Below are positions 29,257-44,925 of a DNA stretch of 64,000 nt, one piece after another (the first letter of the stretch is position 1; each line of letters opens with the position of its first letter). A model generated the notes under the pieces. It did no database searches, had not been told where the DNA came from, and saw only the letters and a list, made by a program, of their open reading frames with translations. The translations under genes were made by a program, and so were the position numbers. The stretch is from Chrysomallon squamiferum (lineage: Eukaryota > Animalia > Mollusca), in contig CM022671.1 in assembly GCA_012295275.1 (NCBI GenBank), forward strand, positions 17,670,001-17,734,000. Reading direction: 5' to 3'.

Positions 29257-30793
29257 CAAATAAATAAAAGATGAATTTTTACTTCTATTTTTTTTAAATG
29301 TAGTATATTAAAGAAAGTAAGCAATTCACAGAACTCAGAATTCTCTCTTTTATCCAAGTTCTTTTAAAGCAAAAACAAGCCCAATATAAGGGAAATAACT
29401 CTAAATTACCTGCTCCTCAAGCTTCCATTTTTCTTGCTGCAGTTCAGTCAATCTTGATAACAACTCATTATTCTCATGTTCCACATCACTTGAAAAGCTG
29501 TAGTTGATTGTGTGGTTTGGTGACTTTCAACAAATAGAAAAACTAATGTGATTATCTGTTCGTTGTATGATAAACAAGGCTATGTTTGGAAAAATAAGAC
29601 AATCTCTGAAGTTAATTTTTAGAAGTATTGATATCTTTAATTACGGACATATAATCAATGCAAAATAAAATAATAATATTTAGAAAAAAAATTATAATGT
29701 TAATAAATTGCAAAATTCTAATTTTGTTCTTCAAAAATAAATAAATTATTCATTTATTCATTCATAAAAAAGTGAATTAAATGTCAATTATTTTGGAAGT
29801 AAAAAAGGATGTATTTGAATTCATATCACAGTATTTTAAAAACACACAAAACACACACACACACACACATTTACCTGACTAACAATTACAACTGAAATAA
29901 TTAATTACTTATTGTTATTTTCACTTTAATATGCCACATGATTAATTTAATTATAAATCTTATTAAATAAATATTTACCTGGGGACCACTTGCAACCGAG
30001 TCTTTACTTAATCCACTAGCCCCAGCACCCCACGATGAAACAGAACTAAAAACAGAAATAAAAAAATCAATTATTATACATAGGCAAGCCTGCTCGTATC
30101 TGTGTGTGTGTGTGTGTGTGTGTGTGAATCTGTGACATTCATGCCTGTGTATGAGTGTGCTGTATGTGTGCGTGTGTCTCCATGTGTGTGTGTATGGGAA
30201 GGGATCACATGTGTCATTTCTATACCCAAATTAATCAGCAAAGAATTTTATATATGTATGCAACCTCCCCACAGGCAATGGACTCTGGCGTCTAGTAATG
30301 TTTTACAATCGACCATAAATTCTGCAAATATCTTTTATTAGTGCCAAATTAATTTATTTTCTATTCTCAGCATGCACTCCAGTGATAAGGAAGCCCATGA
30401 TTCCAGAGACCATTGTGTATACGAGTTAAGAAGAAAATTTAAGTGAGCAGATAAAAATCTTTGTATGGCTAATCTAGATTCTCAAACTGCTCTTTTAATA
30501 TCCACTCTGAAACTCTAACTGAGAATTCCTAGCAGTGCAGCTTGAAGACAAATTACTTCCCCGAGCCATGAATCATAATTTCGTCTCTTCTGGTGTTGGC
30601 TGATTAAACTCAGTTATCAAATCTTTATGCAACATTTACTGAACAGGATTTTTTCTTTTTTTTTTTCCTTTTTTTTTTCTTTCTTTTTAGCTTGATTCAA
30701 ACAAACTAAATATAAATAATTATTTTTCTTCTTCTTCTTCTCATTTATTTATTTGTTTAATTTTTTCTTCCTTTCTTTCTTTCTTTTCAATTT

Positions 30794-30825
<32 letters not shown>

Positions 30826-33560
30826 TTATTTTTAGTCTATTTTAACATTTTATTTTATTATTATTTTTTTAATATTAGAAAACAAAGATGGAATAAATGA
30901 ACACTCATTAACAAATTAAATCTACAGTCTAAACAAATGCAACATGAAAACATTAAAAACATTTGAGACAAGCGTACCAATAAACCAAGATTTTATAGTA
31001 TCACCAGACCTGACAACATTTGATTTTAAAATAATCAAATTTGAGAGAGAAAAATCTACTCAGGGCGACTAATAAATATAAGTCTATGGGCTGCTTTTAT
31101 TAATCAAAAGAAAGCATCTTTATTATGACATATCCTTCAGTGCACTGGCTGGACTGAAAATAACATAATGGAAACACTGAGGGCTGACCCCACGACCTAT
31201 GACATCTCAAGTGAATGGTCAACCATAGAACATTAAGTTACTTCAAGATTGTACAGTTGTGCATGGAATAAATCACAAATTAATCCATTTTCCAACACTT
31301 AACCTATATATTATATTCCAAAATAAATCAAAGCAACCTATATTCTTTCTGTAAGTTGTTTATCACAACATGGCAAGTGGAATACCTCTGAGAAATGAAG
31401 CTTCTGAATATATAAATAGCAAATGAAAAACAAGAAGACATGATCGTTAATAATCCCAATTAATGGAAAAAATGGAAATGGAAACTGCACTCATAATGCT
31501 GGACTTGACTTATGTAGTATATGAAATTTAATTCATTCGTCCCCAAGGAACAACATCCTCAGGGGGAAAAAAACAACTCAGGAAAACCACTCTACCACAC
31601 CCATTACAAAATACCCCATAAATGTATGAATACAAACATGGAATGATGGTTAAGAGATTTTCAGTGTAATACCATTAATTTACAGCTAGTTAGAAACAGC
31701 AGTAAATTACAAAATACATTTTGGGATATTCCCATTAACAGTTTTGGAAACAATGAATTTGGTCATTCTAGTTATTGGTTTCCATGGTAACCAAAAATAT
31801 ATCAAAAAATAACAATCTCAAAATTACTCCAGATTAACAGATGCAAAATAATTTGCTATATTTTGCATCAGCTTTCCTGAAATAGTATCGGATAGATGGA
31901 TACATGGAAATGAATGATGAACATTTTAATATTCATTCCAGCAGTAATAACATAGCAGGACCTAATGAAATGTATTTTTTTTATCTCCATTTCCCACAGA
32001 TATTACTGCTGCTTAGAGCACTTTTTATGGGAGGTCATTCCTTTTGCCATCATTAGCTGAGGCAGCCTACAAATATTAGTGTCACTAAATATGACTTGTG
32101 TTGGCAAAACAGATAGCTTTCCTTGCTCTGAACAGCACTTGGAAGTCTCCCAGACTGTGATTACAGGTTGTGTAAAGAAGCCATTGATCTTGAAATAAAA
32201 TCTTTATTTGTGGGACAGGGAAGACCTGGACTGAAAGTCCCCCAAAATAAAATGAAATTTACACACAGTGATAAAACTCTGTAAGCAAGCAGAGAGTGGC
32301 AAGGGTTTCAGAGAATCGTTATTACATATCATACATCATTACTGGCCGGTCGCCTAAATGGATCAGCTCTATGAGAAAGCGAGTGTTTCCCCATTACTAC
32401 AAACACACAGTGTATTGATCTATGGTGAGAGTTTTTACACACAGAGGCTATTTAAAACTTCTGGCAATCCTCAACAAGTTGTGTTAATTCTCCGGGGCCA
32501 GGCTGATACGTTTAACACTACTACTACCTAAAATAAATAATTAGTGTTTGATGTTTACAGGCTTTTTGCTACTTCAGTAGGTTGCACCATGGATGAATGA
32601 GCAGCAACTGCAACATAACTCAGCAGATGTAGCCACCTGTCTGAATAAATATATCTTAAGTATTCTCGGTTTTGTTCTCAACACAAAGCAACTAAAGACT
32701 CTTGTACTCTTCTTTTCTTTCAAATAAACGCCAACCATACTGGGCCCAGGATAAATGTGCCTGAACCTTAATTGCATAGTGGCACATCAAAATAATTTAT
32801 TATTAGCAGTGTTTTTCAATCTCTCTGATTTATAAACCACTTTTACTTTCCAAATTTGTTTTTAATTTTTTATTAATTTTATTAATTTTATTAATTTATT
32901 CTTATTACACTTTTTATTTTCTACATTTTGCTTTAATTTTTTATAATTTTTTTGTTATTATTTTTTATTATTGATTGATTTATTTATTTATTTATTTATA
33001 TATTTATTTTTACATTACATTATACCACTGCCAGAAGGAACATGGAAATGTATTAATGTTATCAAAGAAATTTTCCTTCTAAGCTTTAGGATTAATCATC
33101 TGTAGTATTTACATGTCTAATGAACTGTGTGCTTATTTTGCAACAGAAAACAGTCAAGCAAAAACTAAGGGTAAAAGTCTGACCTATAATTTTCTACTCT
33201 ACTTCATTCATTTATTTCTTCATTCATCCATTAAGTGATCTGTTCATCCATCACTAATTTATTGGTTTATTGATCACTATTAAGAACTGCTACAATGTTG
33301 TTTGCAGGTAAATTAAGACATTTCATTATTCTAATTTATTAATTAAGACATTCAGTCAATCTGATTAATTAATCATAATCAAGTATTGCAGATAAAGGAT
33401 AAAGTAATTAATTGATGTGATAATTAAAATAAATGTATTGCAACTATTAATTATATAGTGTTTTAGAATTAGCCAATTAAAAGATATTAATGTAACTAAC
33501 ACATCATTGTCAACACATTTTAAAGTTTAATAATAAATTTGTATATAAAAAAATATATAT

Positions 33561-33597
<37 letters not shown>

Positions 33598-36500
33598 CTT
33601 TTTAAAAACTTCAGTAGAGTATATTTCAGTAGATCTTTTACTTGTATTTGTAAAAAAATAGTAATAAAAAAAAAATAATAATAATATAAATAAATAAATA
33701 AATAAATGTTTAATATGAAAATAAAAGAATTCTTTTAAAATTAAGAATTATGATGATAAAACACTTCCTCTACTTGCAAATTATGATGTGCAGTCATTTT
33801 TGTAGCAACAGCAAACAATGTTCAGTAATAATCAATGCTGTATATAAAATTACTAACATTCATCAAAGAACATAAATCAAAACAGACAAGGATAAGCATC
33901 TCTTACTGAAATCTTTTTTCCTGTTCGCTGCCCAATAATCCTCAACTTAATGAGCCCAATAGAGTCTTAACTGGATATAAGCAGTTGTAAGAAATCTATG
34001 AATATTGTTTTGTGGTGGTATTTAATACTAAATTAATGAATCTGTTTTCAAAATATTTTATATTTCAAAGATATCTATTAACGTTTGATTATTATAAATA
34101 TAATAAACAAATAAATGTGATTTCAAATCAGTTATTGAGTTTTACTTCTATTCTAATGTTAGAATATATAACTGCCTTCCAGGCGTATCATACATTATTC
34201 AAACTTGCTTTAATATGAAATATATCTTCATATTGGTTTTATGTTAAATATATCTTGTGTAAAACCATTTAAATGCAGTTTTTACAAGATATATCAAAAC
34301 TTCATTTAAAAGGCTTTATACAAGATATATAAAATGTTTTTAAATGGTTCAAACAGTATATATTAAAACTGTTTTTAAATAGTTTTATACAAGACATATT
34401 AAAACTTATCTTTAAATAGTTTGAGATATAATGTATTAAAATTGAATTTAAATAGCTTTATATTTAAAAAAATACTGCCTTTAAATTGTTTTAAACAAGA
34501 TATATTAAAATGCCTTCAAATGGTTTTATATAAGATATTTTAAAACTGTCTTTAAACTATTTAAAAATGTTTTCATTCAAAATATATACTTTTTTAAAGT
34601 CTTTAAATGGATTTCTGTAGGTATGTAACATAGCCAAAAAATATTTTCAGCATTTCTAAATCTTTTTATTATTCTAGCACATCTAGCTTTACCAGTGGTA
34701 AATTATGACAGTACTATTAGAGGTTATGATAATGCAAAGGTCTTGATTTTTTCTCTGTTACTGTGACGTCATTCACATACACAAATGAAAAAAAGAAAAA
34801 ACTCTGAAAGACCAAGTATAACCATGTACATTTTTAAATGTGCTCAGTCTGACAGGAATTTTTTTCCACTTCTTTATACACAAAATCTTAACATGAATAA
34901 AAAAAATGTCAGCCTCCACATATCCTTGTTGATATTATTATTTTTTTTTTTTCCACACTTTATTATGAAAGATGGATCAACAATAAATAAAATAATCAAT
35001 TGAAATGGAACAAAAATACATTTGTTCTATAATAAAGTTTCTAAATAAATATATAAATCAATGATTGCAAATAAAACTTTTTATTTACCTGCTGTCACCT
35101 CGGAGAGGGTCACTGGGATCAATTGGCCTTAGTAAATCTTCAACACCTGGAAAAATAATTAAAATATTTTTTTATTAAAACTGTACTTTCCATTTTAACA
35201 ATCAATTACTCTATCTTCATCCTTCCCAAACACATTTTTTAACAGAAGATGACAGAAAAGATTTTATGTGACCATCATGCAAACATTCTTACATTTTATT
35301 ACATAAATAATGATGATACTTAATCTCATTATATCTCTTTAGGTAATAAATAAGCCTATCATTTCACTAGAATTTATATTTAGCCCAAATTTTTCTCTAG
35401 TTTCCTCTTCTTTTTATTCAGATTTTGTTTTTGAACTTCAAGTGAGCTTTCTGAAAATTCTTGTTAATGTGAAAGCAACAAGAGCTACACAGAAGGGAGC
35501 TTACTCTGCCTAACACTGCTGTCAAGAAGAACTTCCTGCAGTCTTTCTTGTAGTTTCTCTGCTCTTTTTCTTTCTGCATGAAGCTGACGTTTTAAATCTT
35601 TCACCTAAAAATTACAAAATAATTATATCATAAAAAAAAAAAATAAATAAATAAATAAATCAAGCAGAAATTCCTATTTGCCATATAACTGTACTGCAAT
35701 CTAGTTTTCTTCAAAAAAAAGTACATATCTAAAACAAATAGGAATTTTCTCTATATAGATCTTATTAACTTTATTATTAAAAAAATAAAGACATAATCAC
35801 ATACTTCTTAAATGGGATATTTAATGATCTTGGTAAAGATAATAAAAATAAAATTAGTAAACAAATTAACAAAAAAACAATTTTTGCAGATTTCAGGCAC
35901 TAACCTGAATAACTCTGATAAATGTGAAAATTAACAATGTATTCTACCTAAGTGATATGAGCTAGTTTTTGTAATAAAATATTCTCATAAATACTCACTA
36001 TTGACATTCCTTTCTTTTCAGTGATTTTCTTTTCACCAAGACCATCCTTAATTTCCTGTAAAGAATAAATAAATATTAACAGAACGATACCTCAGTGTAT
36101 TTCATTATTATTGTTATTAGGGAGTCAGTATACAGGTTATATGTAAAAATGTTGCATAAAAAAGAACTCTTCTTGCATTGCATGATAGACTATTCTTATC
36201 AGTTAAAAGCAAGGGAATTTTTTACATGCACCTTCGTATCAAAACATTTACTATATTTCGGCATATTAAGAATGTGCGAGAATGTACACCTTTTAGAATG
36301 CAATTAATTTTCACTAACAACAAACAAAATAATTATCAATACAGAAAGAAAATACTATTTTTCAGAATTCCATAAATAATTTTATGAACTAAATAAAGAA
36401 ATATACAAGATCAATTTCTTTTTCTGCAAAATATTCAGTGCAACGAAAAAATACAGAAATGCAGAATGGAATAAAATAATTCATCTGTTATTTTACTTTG

Positions 36501-39500
36501 AGAAAATTATGTTAACAAACCCAATATTTTAATTTTATTTTATTCCTCTCCATAAATTGTTTATACCATACTTTCAATTGTAAAAAAATGTTGTTTAAAT
36601 ATATTAAGTGCAAGTATATTTTAAAAAATAGAATAATAATAACAATAATTTTACCTGTCGTAAACTACTAATAACCATTTCCTGATTTTCTAATTCTCTT
36701 TTAAGTGATTTTGCATTATCTTCCAGTTCCTGAAGAAAATAACATTTATTTACACCATGAATAACAAATGCAGTAATATTTGTTACACTTTATTATTCCA
36801 GTATTATATTATGATTACTGCTCTGTTAATATTTAAAATTTTGAAAACTACAAAATATTCTAGTGTAACAAGATGTTATTGAAGAATAATGTGAAAAGAG
36901 AACCAATCAAATTTTCATCTGTTCCACTAATTGTCATATACATTTTGACACAGAATGATAAATAATGTTTATATTACAGTTCACTCCAAAATTAGTAAAT
37001 TTAACTTTAAAAAAACCCATGATAATCTGTTTATAATGACATAGATAAAAACACCAAATGAAAACAATGAGAGTTTTTAAATAAATAATAAATGAATTAT
37101 ATTTCATACATTTTTAAAATGAATTTATATGATTTAAATAATCATAAAAACAAAAATTAGATGCAAAAAAACCCATAATGTCCATGAAAATCTTTCCTAA
37201 ATCTGAATGTATAACCTTTCTTATTCAAACAAAAGAAATTTGCTATGGAGACAAAGAAAAGTCCATTTCGTTCTCCAGAATATTTTTATCTACATATTTT
37301 AAGGCAATTTTAGGTATCAAATTAGTATTATAAATAGAAAAATAAAGTGTGTTGTGATACCTGAACGAATTTAACATGTTCCTCTTTTAGTTGACTAGTT
37401 TCTGTTTCATGTCGCTGTATTAAGTCAGCTAGCGACTGTTGATGAGATGATTTCATTTCTTCCACCTCTTCCTGATGTCTGGACTGAGCCTCCTCCAACT
37501 GAGTCTGAAACATCATTTATAACAGTCAACACAGACATCAGAAGACAATGAAAATATCAAAACCAGACATTTATTATACGTTTCTCTTTTACAAATAAAT
37601 TCATTTCAAATTATGAATGAATAATGATTCAAAAAATGTTTATTTCAAACCAAAAAAAAATATTACTCTTGAAATGTAAGGATTAAAAAAGAAATCTTCT
37701 CCCAAATTTTAGGATTTATACTAAGGAACACATTAACAGTTTAATATGTTTTACATACTTCTGCACAAAAGTTTCATTTTTCAAAATTAAAATAAAATGA
37801 TAAAGATGTGAAGATATATGCAGGTGGCCATTAACCTTTATTTGTAGCATCATTTCAAACACTGAATAATTTAACAATAAAATAATATTCCATTCTTCAC
37901 CGATCATCGGGGACTTCTTTTAATGAAGGCTTCACTTTTAATAAAAACATTTATCAAATAAAATAAGAAGAAATCTTGTGGAGATATACAAAATATACAA
38001 GCAGAAATATTTTACACAGATGTAACAGAAGAGTATTTTCACCTCGACTTCCTTCAGTCTTCTTTCAAGCCAGGACTTGGCATCTTCCAGTGATTTGACC
38101 TTCCCCTGCAATTCTTCACTCAGGTGTTTGTGTTTATCAAAGTCTGAATTCTGAATCTATAAAAAAGATTATATATAGATTTTAAACTGAGATAAAAACA
38201 AAAAATAATTAATCGTATATAATTTTTATGCTTCTCATTAAATAAAATCAAGAAATCTTTGAATGAACTTTGTCATGGAAAATAAGCTGGCATTGTTGTT
38301 GACTGATGTAAATCACTGAAAACACCCCAGAAGTTCTTAGATCTCTGTGTACTGTCATTATAAGAAAAAACAACCTATAATGCTGAATATTAGCATGAAT
38401 GAAATCTAAGGTTGATGTATGGCGCTCATATTTACAGGAAGCAGGCAAACTTTTTTTCTTCTAACATAAACTTTTCTCATTTATCCAATCATTTATCTCC
38501 ATCAGCAGAATATTCATTTATTCTGGCTCTGTTTTAAAGAGATTTTCATTACCTAAAATTCAGACATTATCATCTTGAACACCTTTAGCATGAAATATTT
38601 TAAGTATGAATATGTTTACTACATATGTAAGATAGATCTGGAATCACCCACCTTTAAGTCTTCGATCTGTTTGCGAAGTGTGTTGATCTGACTGTTGTGT
38701 TTCTCCTCTAATTCTGTCATGTGTTTGTGATGGTTGTCACTGTCTTTCTGGTATTTTATTGCCAGCTCATCCAGCAATGATTTTCTTTTCTCAGCCACCT
38801 AGAGCAAAATAAACAGTTAATTCAATAACTGCGACTCCAGTCACATTCTTTTCTTCTTCATATACTGCGAATCTTTAGATCTGAATGCAGTGTTTTGTGT
38901 TTAGTGTTTACATATATCAACAAAAGTTGTTTTCTATTAAGAAAATGGAAACAGCTGTAGAACTAGAAGTCAGAGAACAAATGTTTGTAACATCTGGCAA
39001 GCATAACAATAACAGATTCATACAAAATGGGCTATTCAGACAAAAATAAACTGTATGATTTGTTTTTAAAACAGGAAAATAGATTCACTTTGTTTAAATG
39101 ATCTAAGAAAGTGTATAAATCAACTAATTAACAAATTATTGATTTATATTGCCTTTTTAGATTTCTTTAATTAGATGCATGTAGTATACAGTATACAAAT
39201 TCCCAATTTTTCAAAACGTATGTTAGGCTACTTCCAACCATAATTGTAGAAAGAAAAAAAACTTGGGGGGGAATTTATATTATATTATTAGTAATATTTT
39301 ATACTAATAAGCAACTAAATAAATATTAAACACTTCTAAAAAGTATTCTTATAATGATAGCATAGGACATGATGGAAATATGTGTGGAAGTGTACTGAGA
39401 AGTTTATTTATTTGTAAAAAGCTGTGAGATGCTGCAGTGAACTCTCTTCACAGACTATTGTAGACTATCGGAGATGAAAGAGAATAAAGTGGATTTAAAC

Positions 39501-41020
39501 TCACCTTACTGATCTCCTGCAAGGCTTGTATCTGGTTGTCTCGTTCTTTCTGTGCTGCCTGCAGCTGATCCAGTGTCTCCTGACTGGCTTTCTGACTCTC
39601 TCTCAGCTGCACTCTGAGGTCGTCGTTCTGCTGGGACAGTTCACTGACTGTGTTCTGAAGTTCCTGCAGCCTCTGTTCAAACTGCTTCGTCTTCTCATGC
39701 AGCTGCTGGCTTCCAATGATGCCAGCTGCATCAACCTGCGTTTCACAAATACAACGTAATGTAGTGAAGAACACTGCTAATTTTATACATACAATAAGAT
39801 ATGTGAAAGTACCCAGGGTAATTTCCACCAGTACAAGCTGCATCAATGTGTGTTTCATAAATACAGTGTGATATAGTAAAGTTCCCAGTATAATTTCAAA
39901 CAACACAAGCTGCATCAGTCTGTCTTTCACAAATAAAATATGATATAGTAACATATAGAGTATAATTTCCAACAATCTGTGTTTCACAAATAAAAATTAA
40001 ATGTTATAAGAAAAACATACAAAATCTGCCTTCTACTCATTTCACTGCTATTGATGCATGAGCAAGGTAAAAAGTTAAATAATTTTTTAAATTTGTATTC
40101 CTTTTTTTTTCTTTTCTCTGACTTCTAGTAAGCAATATTTTAAGAATTTCAAAATCTCTCTACTAATAAAAACACAAGTTATTTTCTTACAAAATCAGAA
40201 TGGAGAAGCTGTTTCTCTCTGAACATTCAGACACCATCTAAATCCCTTTACAGAAGTAAATGTCTTACCTGTTGCTGAAGAACAATTATTTGATTTTCTA
40301 AATCCTTTACATATTGTTCTGATTCAGTGTGGCCTTCTTCTTCTGCCTGGTACAAAACAAATAACTATATTTAAATTTTACACCAAAGAAATATGCAGTG
40401 ATTTAACCATCATATATGATCATTTTTCAATTTTCATCTTTTGTTAATTTCACCTTGGAATATGCCTCGGACAAGATTTTTCACATCAGTTTGAAACACT
40501 GTAATTATTTTTGTAAATGATGGTTTACATATCAATGCTGAAATTATTTTTATAATATACTTGAAATAAACTATATTTCATAATATAAAATGATATTTCC
40601 AAGACAAAATCACATAAAGAAAAATTCCCAAATAATCTTGATACGAAGTTTTGATTGACTTTTTCTTCTTTTTTTCTCTTTTAAAAAAAATAACAAAATA
40701 AAGAGTTCTATAAAGTATTTAACTACAAAATAAAAGTTAGCAGACAATTAGCAAATCAGCAGGATGTTGTTTTATTATAAAAAGAATTTAAGAAACAGAA
40801 GGATTTCTAGTTATTATTTCAGGAACTGTTGGAACTGTGCAGAAAGTGAATGTACTATTATATACCTCTCTGAGTCTTTCAATCTCAGCCTGCAGTTTGC
40901 CAATTTGATCGTGATAGTACTTCTGATCTCTGTCTCTTGCTTGTTGAGCTTCTTCTAACTTCTTACTGTAATGTGATAAACACATACAAGATGTGAGAAA
41001 ATCTCACTATTAAAGTATTA

Positions 41021-41052
<32 letters not shown>

Positions 41053-44000
41053 GCCTCAGATAAATTAAAAATTTAGATACATGATATAAACAGCTTTTTG
41101 CTGGGGTATTTGGGAAACAAAATTTTATAATTAATTTAAAACTTTTTATATGAATATGTTTTCTGGTTGTTTATTAAATTTCAAAATAGTATTACTTCAT
41201 TAACATTAATTTTCATTATAATTTTTTTTAATATTAAAGCAATCATATGATCAAATCTGTACGTACTTGCTTTCTTCAAAAAGTGATTCTTTCTCCGATT
41301 GCAAATTAATGTAACTGAAATTAAAAAGATTAGATCGCTTATATACAAGAAATTAAAGGCAACAAGAAAAAGGAGGATATACATTTATTTGTAAAAGGAA
41401 TCTTCTTACTGAATGTGTAGCTGTACTGCTTGTAGTATTAGCCAATATAAGAACAGTTACTGTGAATAATATTAAACTGTTATCAAGATGACAGACACTT
41501 TAAGGGACACAACTCTTGCCTAAGATAATTTAGTGCAGTTATTGGTTGAAAGATTTCACTTTTGTCTTGAAATACATAAAAATGTTACTTTTATACATTC
41601 AATTAAAAATGTTCAGGTAACATTAAATCAATTACAGATAATATGTGAGACAATAATGTTATTTACTGTAAGTGATAAAACCCCTTGTCTGTATAATTTA
41701 TAAACAAAATAATGAAGGCAAACATAACAGAATAATATTTAAAATAATAACAGATAAGGCCAACATCAAATCTTTAATATATAAAAATAAAATAATCTCT
41801 TTGAAACAGTATGTGTATAATTAATATTTAATAAATAATGAACAAGTTATAACATTATGAATTAACAAATGTGGTTTAATGTCATCATATAAATACACTT
41901 TTTACTGTATTCTGCATTTAAATCTGTTTTATTTTAAATATTGTATTTAAGCTGGTACCTTTCTTGTTTCTTTTTCAGTTTCTCAGATACCTGCAACAAA
42001 GTGAAGTTAAATTTACCATCATGACAGAATTTTAAATTAAGACAAACAAAAATACTTTTTACTGTTTAATTCTGAATTTGAACAAATGGATAATTAATTT
42101 TATTAAAAATGTATATCTCATTCTTGTAGAAGTTGTTGAACTAATTATAATGGCAGCATCATGTAATAATAATTTACCTTCTCAAGTTCTTCCTGTATAC
42201 TGCCAATCTGCTCCTTTGTCTTCCTCTAAAAATAAAAAGATATCCACATGTGTTAGTCACATGATGCTGATTGTAAACATAATATACAGATTATGTAGCA
42301 ATTACAATTATTAATTTAAAAAATGTACAGATTTTGTATAACTTTGATAACACAAACAACCAATCAGTTCCAAACAAATAATATCTAATTATATTTCCTG
42401 TAACACCTTTTAAAATAATTGCTTTAAAATATATTTGACAAAAACTGGATTTTATGTTTGTAACAGAAACACTTTTTAATACAATACATAATGACTTGTC
42501 AAATGACATATCATTTTATTATTATTTAATTAAATAACTACAAACAAACAAAATTTTAAAACTCTCAAAATTTGTTGATAATATTTGTAAAAAATAATTA
42601 TTCAGCTTTTTAAACCTATACAAATTGATAATCTTTTATCAGAAACCTGAAAAACTGTAAGCATCATTTGTGTTATAATTCCAGACCTATTTTATGAAAT
42701 CAGAAATCTACAGGATTCAAGGGATCTAGGTTTGTCAATCTCTTTATAAATTACAGCAAATATTTACATCATTGGAAATAAGCTGCTCTTTCAAAATCTT
42801 CTTCTCCTCTAATTCTGTGTCCAATGCTATTTTCAATTCTACAAAATAAATTTAAATATAAACAAAGAAGAGTTAAAGAAAAATAATAATAAAAAATTAA
42901 ATACACAGATGCAAACATGCAAAAAGTTCAAAAAAAATAAAAGAAATTTAAATTTCTTTATAAATTTTACTATGTTGAGTAACTCAATTTAGTATATTTT
43001 CACTGCTCTTTTCATTTCACTTTTTAAAAAGGAAAAATTAAACAGTATAATACTAAAAACAAAAAACACTTACTGCTTATTTCTTCTAGATACTCTGACA
43101 CTAAGCTTGTGTCTGATGTCTGAACCTCATTTTGACCTAAAATTTAACAGATTTAATTAATCTGTGTATCAGAAAAACAATTGAAGAACTGCATACGAAT
43201 ATTTATCAAATCATATAATTAACTTTTTTTGGATTCTAAAGAATGATGTTTCCACTAAGTTTTAGTCTGATCTTCATTTTGACCTACAATTTATCAGATT
43301 TAACTGATCTATGTATCAAAAAAATAATTGAAGAACTGTATATAATTAACACTTTTCTGATTCTTAAGCTAATGGTTTCAGATATTTCTGCGAATTAGAT
43401 CATCTTACAAGAACAGCAAACCAATATTTTGTATTTGTAAACTGGCAAATATATCCTTGCATCAGTCCCTTTTCATAAAAATACGACTTAAATACTTCTC
43501 ATACAAAGTCTTTGCACATATGCATATAAACATAATAATTATAAATGAATATTTTTCTGTACAACAATGTATAAAACACATTTTCTGGAACTGTTCAGGT
43601 ATTTGACACTGACTAAACTTATCTATTTCAAAATCATATATTAAATGAATTTAAAAAAAATGATACTTTTCCGAAGAATAAAATGGATATATTCAAAGAC
43701 TTAATATTATTAAGAAAAATGTGATGTTGGCTCATACATAGGTATGTAAACTGTAAGCACAAAGGTGGCATTAATCATAAGAAGAATAAAACATTAATAA
43801 CTGTAACATAACAAATACTTACAGTATCGTGCATCTTGTAAAGCAGAAACAAACATTTCAGAATCTTTGCCTTCCACTTCTCTGTGATCACTAAGACAAA
43901 AATTACTCAAATAATTTTTAGTTAAAAACCAAAAAAAGAGAGATGTTTCATTTTGAAAATACTACTGCCATATTTCTGTTTTCTCCAAGGACAGAGGTTC

Positions 44001-44437
44001 TTTTTTATTGATACTTTTCACTTTACTTTTTTATTATTTGTTATTATTTTAGTTTTGTAATGCCTATATAAATTACAAAAACTGAAAGGAAGGAAATGAG
44101 AAATGTTTACATAATGATGCACCCACAAAATCTTAATACAAAATATATATTCCAAAGATTAAAAATTATAATTTGTGTCTCCATAATTACTGTTTTGCTG
44201 TTTAACCTCTTTATTAATTAGCTATGATCTTTCATATGCACATTTCACAGTTAGGAACACACACACCACAAGATACTGTAGAAATTTCTAGAATATACTA
44301 GTAAGAATTAATCCTGTACCACACCAATGTCTCAGGCCAGCATTTTAACCACTAATTCCACTAACCCATTCAATATATTTCTGTAAAGTGAATATTTAAA
44401 ATGTATGTGTGACAGTAAAATTCAGACCAACCAACCA

Positions 44438-44470
<33 letters not shown>

Positions 44471-44889
44471 AAAGATGAAATTATTTACCCAGAGTCTTCA
44501 CGTCCTGCTGGGGATTCTCTCCCCCCTGTCTCAGTGACCAGCTTCTGACAAATACTGTTCTGACACTTCTCATACTTCTCTTGTATTGCTGTAACGAAAT
44601 TATGTTGTTTTTATTATTATCATTACCATTATCATTCTTTATTATTAGTAGTAGTATTTATTATCATTGTTATAGTTAATTATTATTATTATTATTATTA
44701 CTGAAGAAATGTTTGAAACAAAATTTTTTTTTCTTCACAAGACTAAGATAATAAAGAAAACAATATGTTTAGCTTTAACATTTATTTAAAAGTAATAATA
44801 ATTTATAAAAATATTTTTATTTTAATGTTAAACTCAAATTTAGTAAAGGTAGTTTGGGGTGGGTGGGTGCATATATATATATATATATA

Positions 44890-44925
<36 letters not shown>

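Noticed and set aside
35905-35914. 10-nt microexon candidate (tttatcag|AGTTATTCAG|gttagt) in GRIPAP1 intron 21
   Set aside because: It is frameshifting with no compensating partner, and exons 21-22 already join into the conserved sequence. There is too little support.
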